Below are positions 62,440 through 64,000 of a DNA stretch of 64,000 nucleotides, piece after piece. The notes below the pieces were generated by a model. The model did no database searches, was not told the origin of the DNA, and was given only the letters and a program-made list of their open reading frames with translations. The DNA comes from the human T2T-CHM13v2.0 reference genome, Homo sapiens. The translations under genes were made by a program, and so were the position numbers. Each line of letters starts with the position of its first letter. Positions within the stretch are counted from its first letter, which is position 1. Location: NCBI RefSeq assembly GCF_009914755.1, contig NC_060925.1; one strand, 5' to 3'.

Positions 62440-62620
62440 GGACCTGCTGCCCTGCCCCACGCACCCCCCCTCCCCTGGCCAGCCTCCCCAGAGGCCAGCA
62501 GGCGCCTTATCGGGCAGGGTTAAGGAGGGGGACAGTTATCAGGGGCTGCAGCCTAGGTTGGGCCACAATGTCCTCGTCTCTTGAGGGTGGCAGGCTGTGC
62601 AGGCTCCCTGATAAAAGCAC
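62440..62620. promoter_or_regulatory. SMIM1: SMIM1 intron-2 erythroid enhancer
   Basis: GATA sites at 62536-62541 (TGATAA on - strand, with CTG-N7 half E-box, i.e. a GATA1/TAL1 composite), 62609-62614 and 62507-62512; KLF-type GGGTGG at 62585-62590. Confidence 0.85.
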
Positions 62621-62966
62621 CGGGGAAGGGAGGCTCCTGGAGTGTGCTGGAAGGAAACACTGGCCTCCCACATGCCTGAGGTCAGGGCTTGGCCTGAGAT
62701 GGAATTCTCGCTTGGTCCCATCCTCCCGGCCTGACCCTGGGCAAATGACTCTACCCCTTTGTGTCTAGGTCACCTGTTAAGTCAGGCGACAGACCCGGTG
62801 AGGGAGTCAGCCCCCGACCCTTAGTGCCCCTCTCCTAACAGCAGCCTCAGAGGGGGTCTTGACTGCCGCCCTCCATCCGCTTGTTTTACAGTGAAGCCAC
62901 AGCCTGGCCACCTGTCTTGATCTCCCCACCGAGAAGGCCCCGCCCCTCCCGCTGCAGCCCCACAGC

Positions 62967-63076
62967 ATGCAGCCCCAGGAGAGCCACGTCCACTATAGTA
63001 GGTGGGAGGACGGCAGCAGGGACGGAGTCAGCCTAGGGGCTGTGTCCAGCACAGAAGAGGCCTCACGCTGCCGCAG
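62967..63076 (+). CDS. SMIM1: Small integral membrane protein 1 (Vel blood group), exon 3 coding part (exon starts at 62892)
   Basis: MQPQESHVHYSRWEDGSRDGVSLGAVSSTEEASRCR|gtgagg. Confidence 0.97.
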
Positions 63077-63387
63077 GTGAGGGGCCTGAGGGCAGCCTGC
63101 CAGCCATAGCAGGCTGGTGTCTCCCTCCAGAGACGCCTGCCCTAACCCCTGCTACCGGCCCCATCACCCTCCACCCCATCCTGGCTGGGAGCCCACGGTC
63201 CAGCAGCTCAGCAAACCGCAGCCTTTGGCCTTCCCTCTGGTTGGCTGTGGGCGGGGAGAGCTTCCTCTTGACTCCAGCAGAGCGCCCAGGCCCCTCCCCC
63301 TGACCCAGACCAACGGCCACAGTCCACTTAGGGGGCCCCTCATGCGGCCCTGGCCTGGGGCTCACCTCCAGTTGGTTCTCACCCCAG

Positions 63388-63514
63388 GATCTCCCAGAGG
63401 CTGTGCACGGGCAAGCTGGGCATCGCCATGAAGGTGCTGGGCGGCGTGGCCCTCTTCTGGATCATCTTCATCCTGGGCTACCTCACAGGCTACTATGTGC
63501 ACAAGTGCAAATAA
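63388..63514 (+). CDS. SMIM1: SMIM1 exon 4 coding part (transmembrane helix, stop)
   Basis: cag|G; ISQRLCTGKLGIAMKVLGGVALFWIIFILGYLTGYYVHKCK*; 78 aa in total. Confidence 0.97.
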
Positions 63515-64000
63515 ATGCTGCCCCGCATGCACGCGGGGGGCTGGCCGCACACGTGAGAGCACAGGCCTGGAGACACACCCCTTGTACACATGGACCCCCC
63601 CACAGACACGGACCCTGCGGCACACACAGCGCACAGGGCACACGCGCTGGCAGCCAGGCACACGAAGACACCAGGTGCACAGCTGTCATCGGCCCCACAC
63701 GGGGGCGCACAAACACCTGGCACACAGCCCTTCAAAGGACCTACAAACAGCTGGGCACACGTGGCTGGGAGGCCTGGGCCCAGCCTCAGCAGGAGCTGCA
63801 GGACACACCCAGGCTGGGCCCTGCGGCCTGGAGCCCCCAGCTACAGCCTCCTCTCTCCCAGGGCCCAGCCCCTTCCCTTGTGAAGGCCAGGATGAGGGGT
63901 TCCTTCAGCGGACAAACCGAGCCCACCTCCCTGGCAGCCCCCCGGGGTGGGATCCTCCCGGCTGCTTTCCTCCGTGGGAGCAGTGTGCAGAGCTGTGTGG

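Overview
Human (primate) genomic DNA that I recognise as chr1p36.32. It contains, in order: (1) the 3' part of TP73 on the + strand (intron 4 through exon 14 and the 3' UTR, ending ~23,800); (2) the convergent 'lncRNA' TP73-AS1/KIAA0495 on the - strand; (3) two HERV-K solo LTRs between divergent promoters; (4) the complete 12-exon CCDC27 gene (656 aa); and (5) SMIM1, the Vel blood group gene (78 aa), with its intron-2 erythroid enhancer. The most interesting signal is inside TP73-AS1. I can rebuild by hand a phase-consistent 8-exon fossil gene (known as GFOD3P) that fuses an N-terminal CGGBP1-like CxxC...H...H zinc finger, through a Pro/Ser linker, to a Gfo/Idh/MocA (inositol-dehydrogenase-like) oxidoreductase. 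The oxidoreductase part carries frameshifts, broken splice sites, a lost exon and two stop codons. The zinc-finger exon is still an intact 72-codon ORF with a strong Kozak start. Other notable items: a ZEB/Snail E-box minisatellite next to TP73 exon 6, a duplicated 20-bp palindromic motif in TP73 intron 4, a STAT-site tandem repeat, a MYB+RFX promoter module at CCDC27, direct repeats flanking CCDC27 exon 2, and the high-expression G allele of the SMIM1 enhancer. Gene names and repeat subfamilies come from recognition, not database searches. Alu and low-complexity boundaries are approximate.
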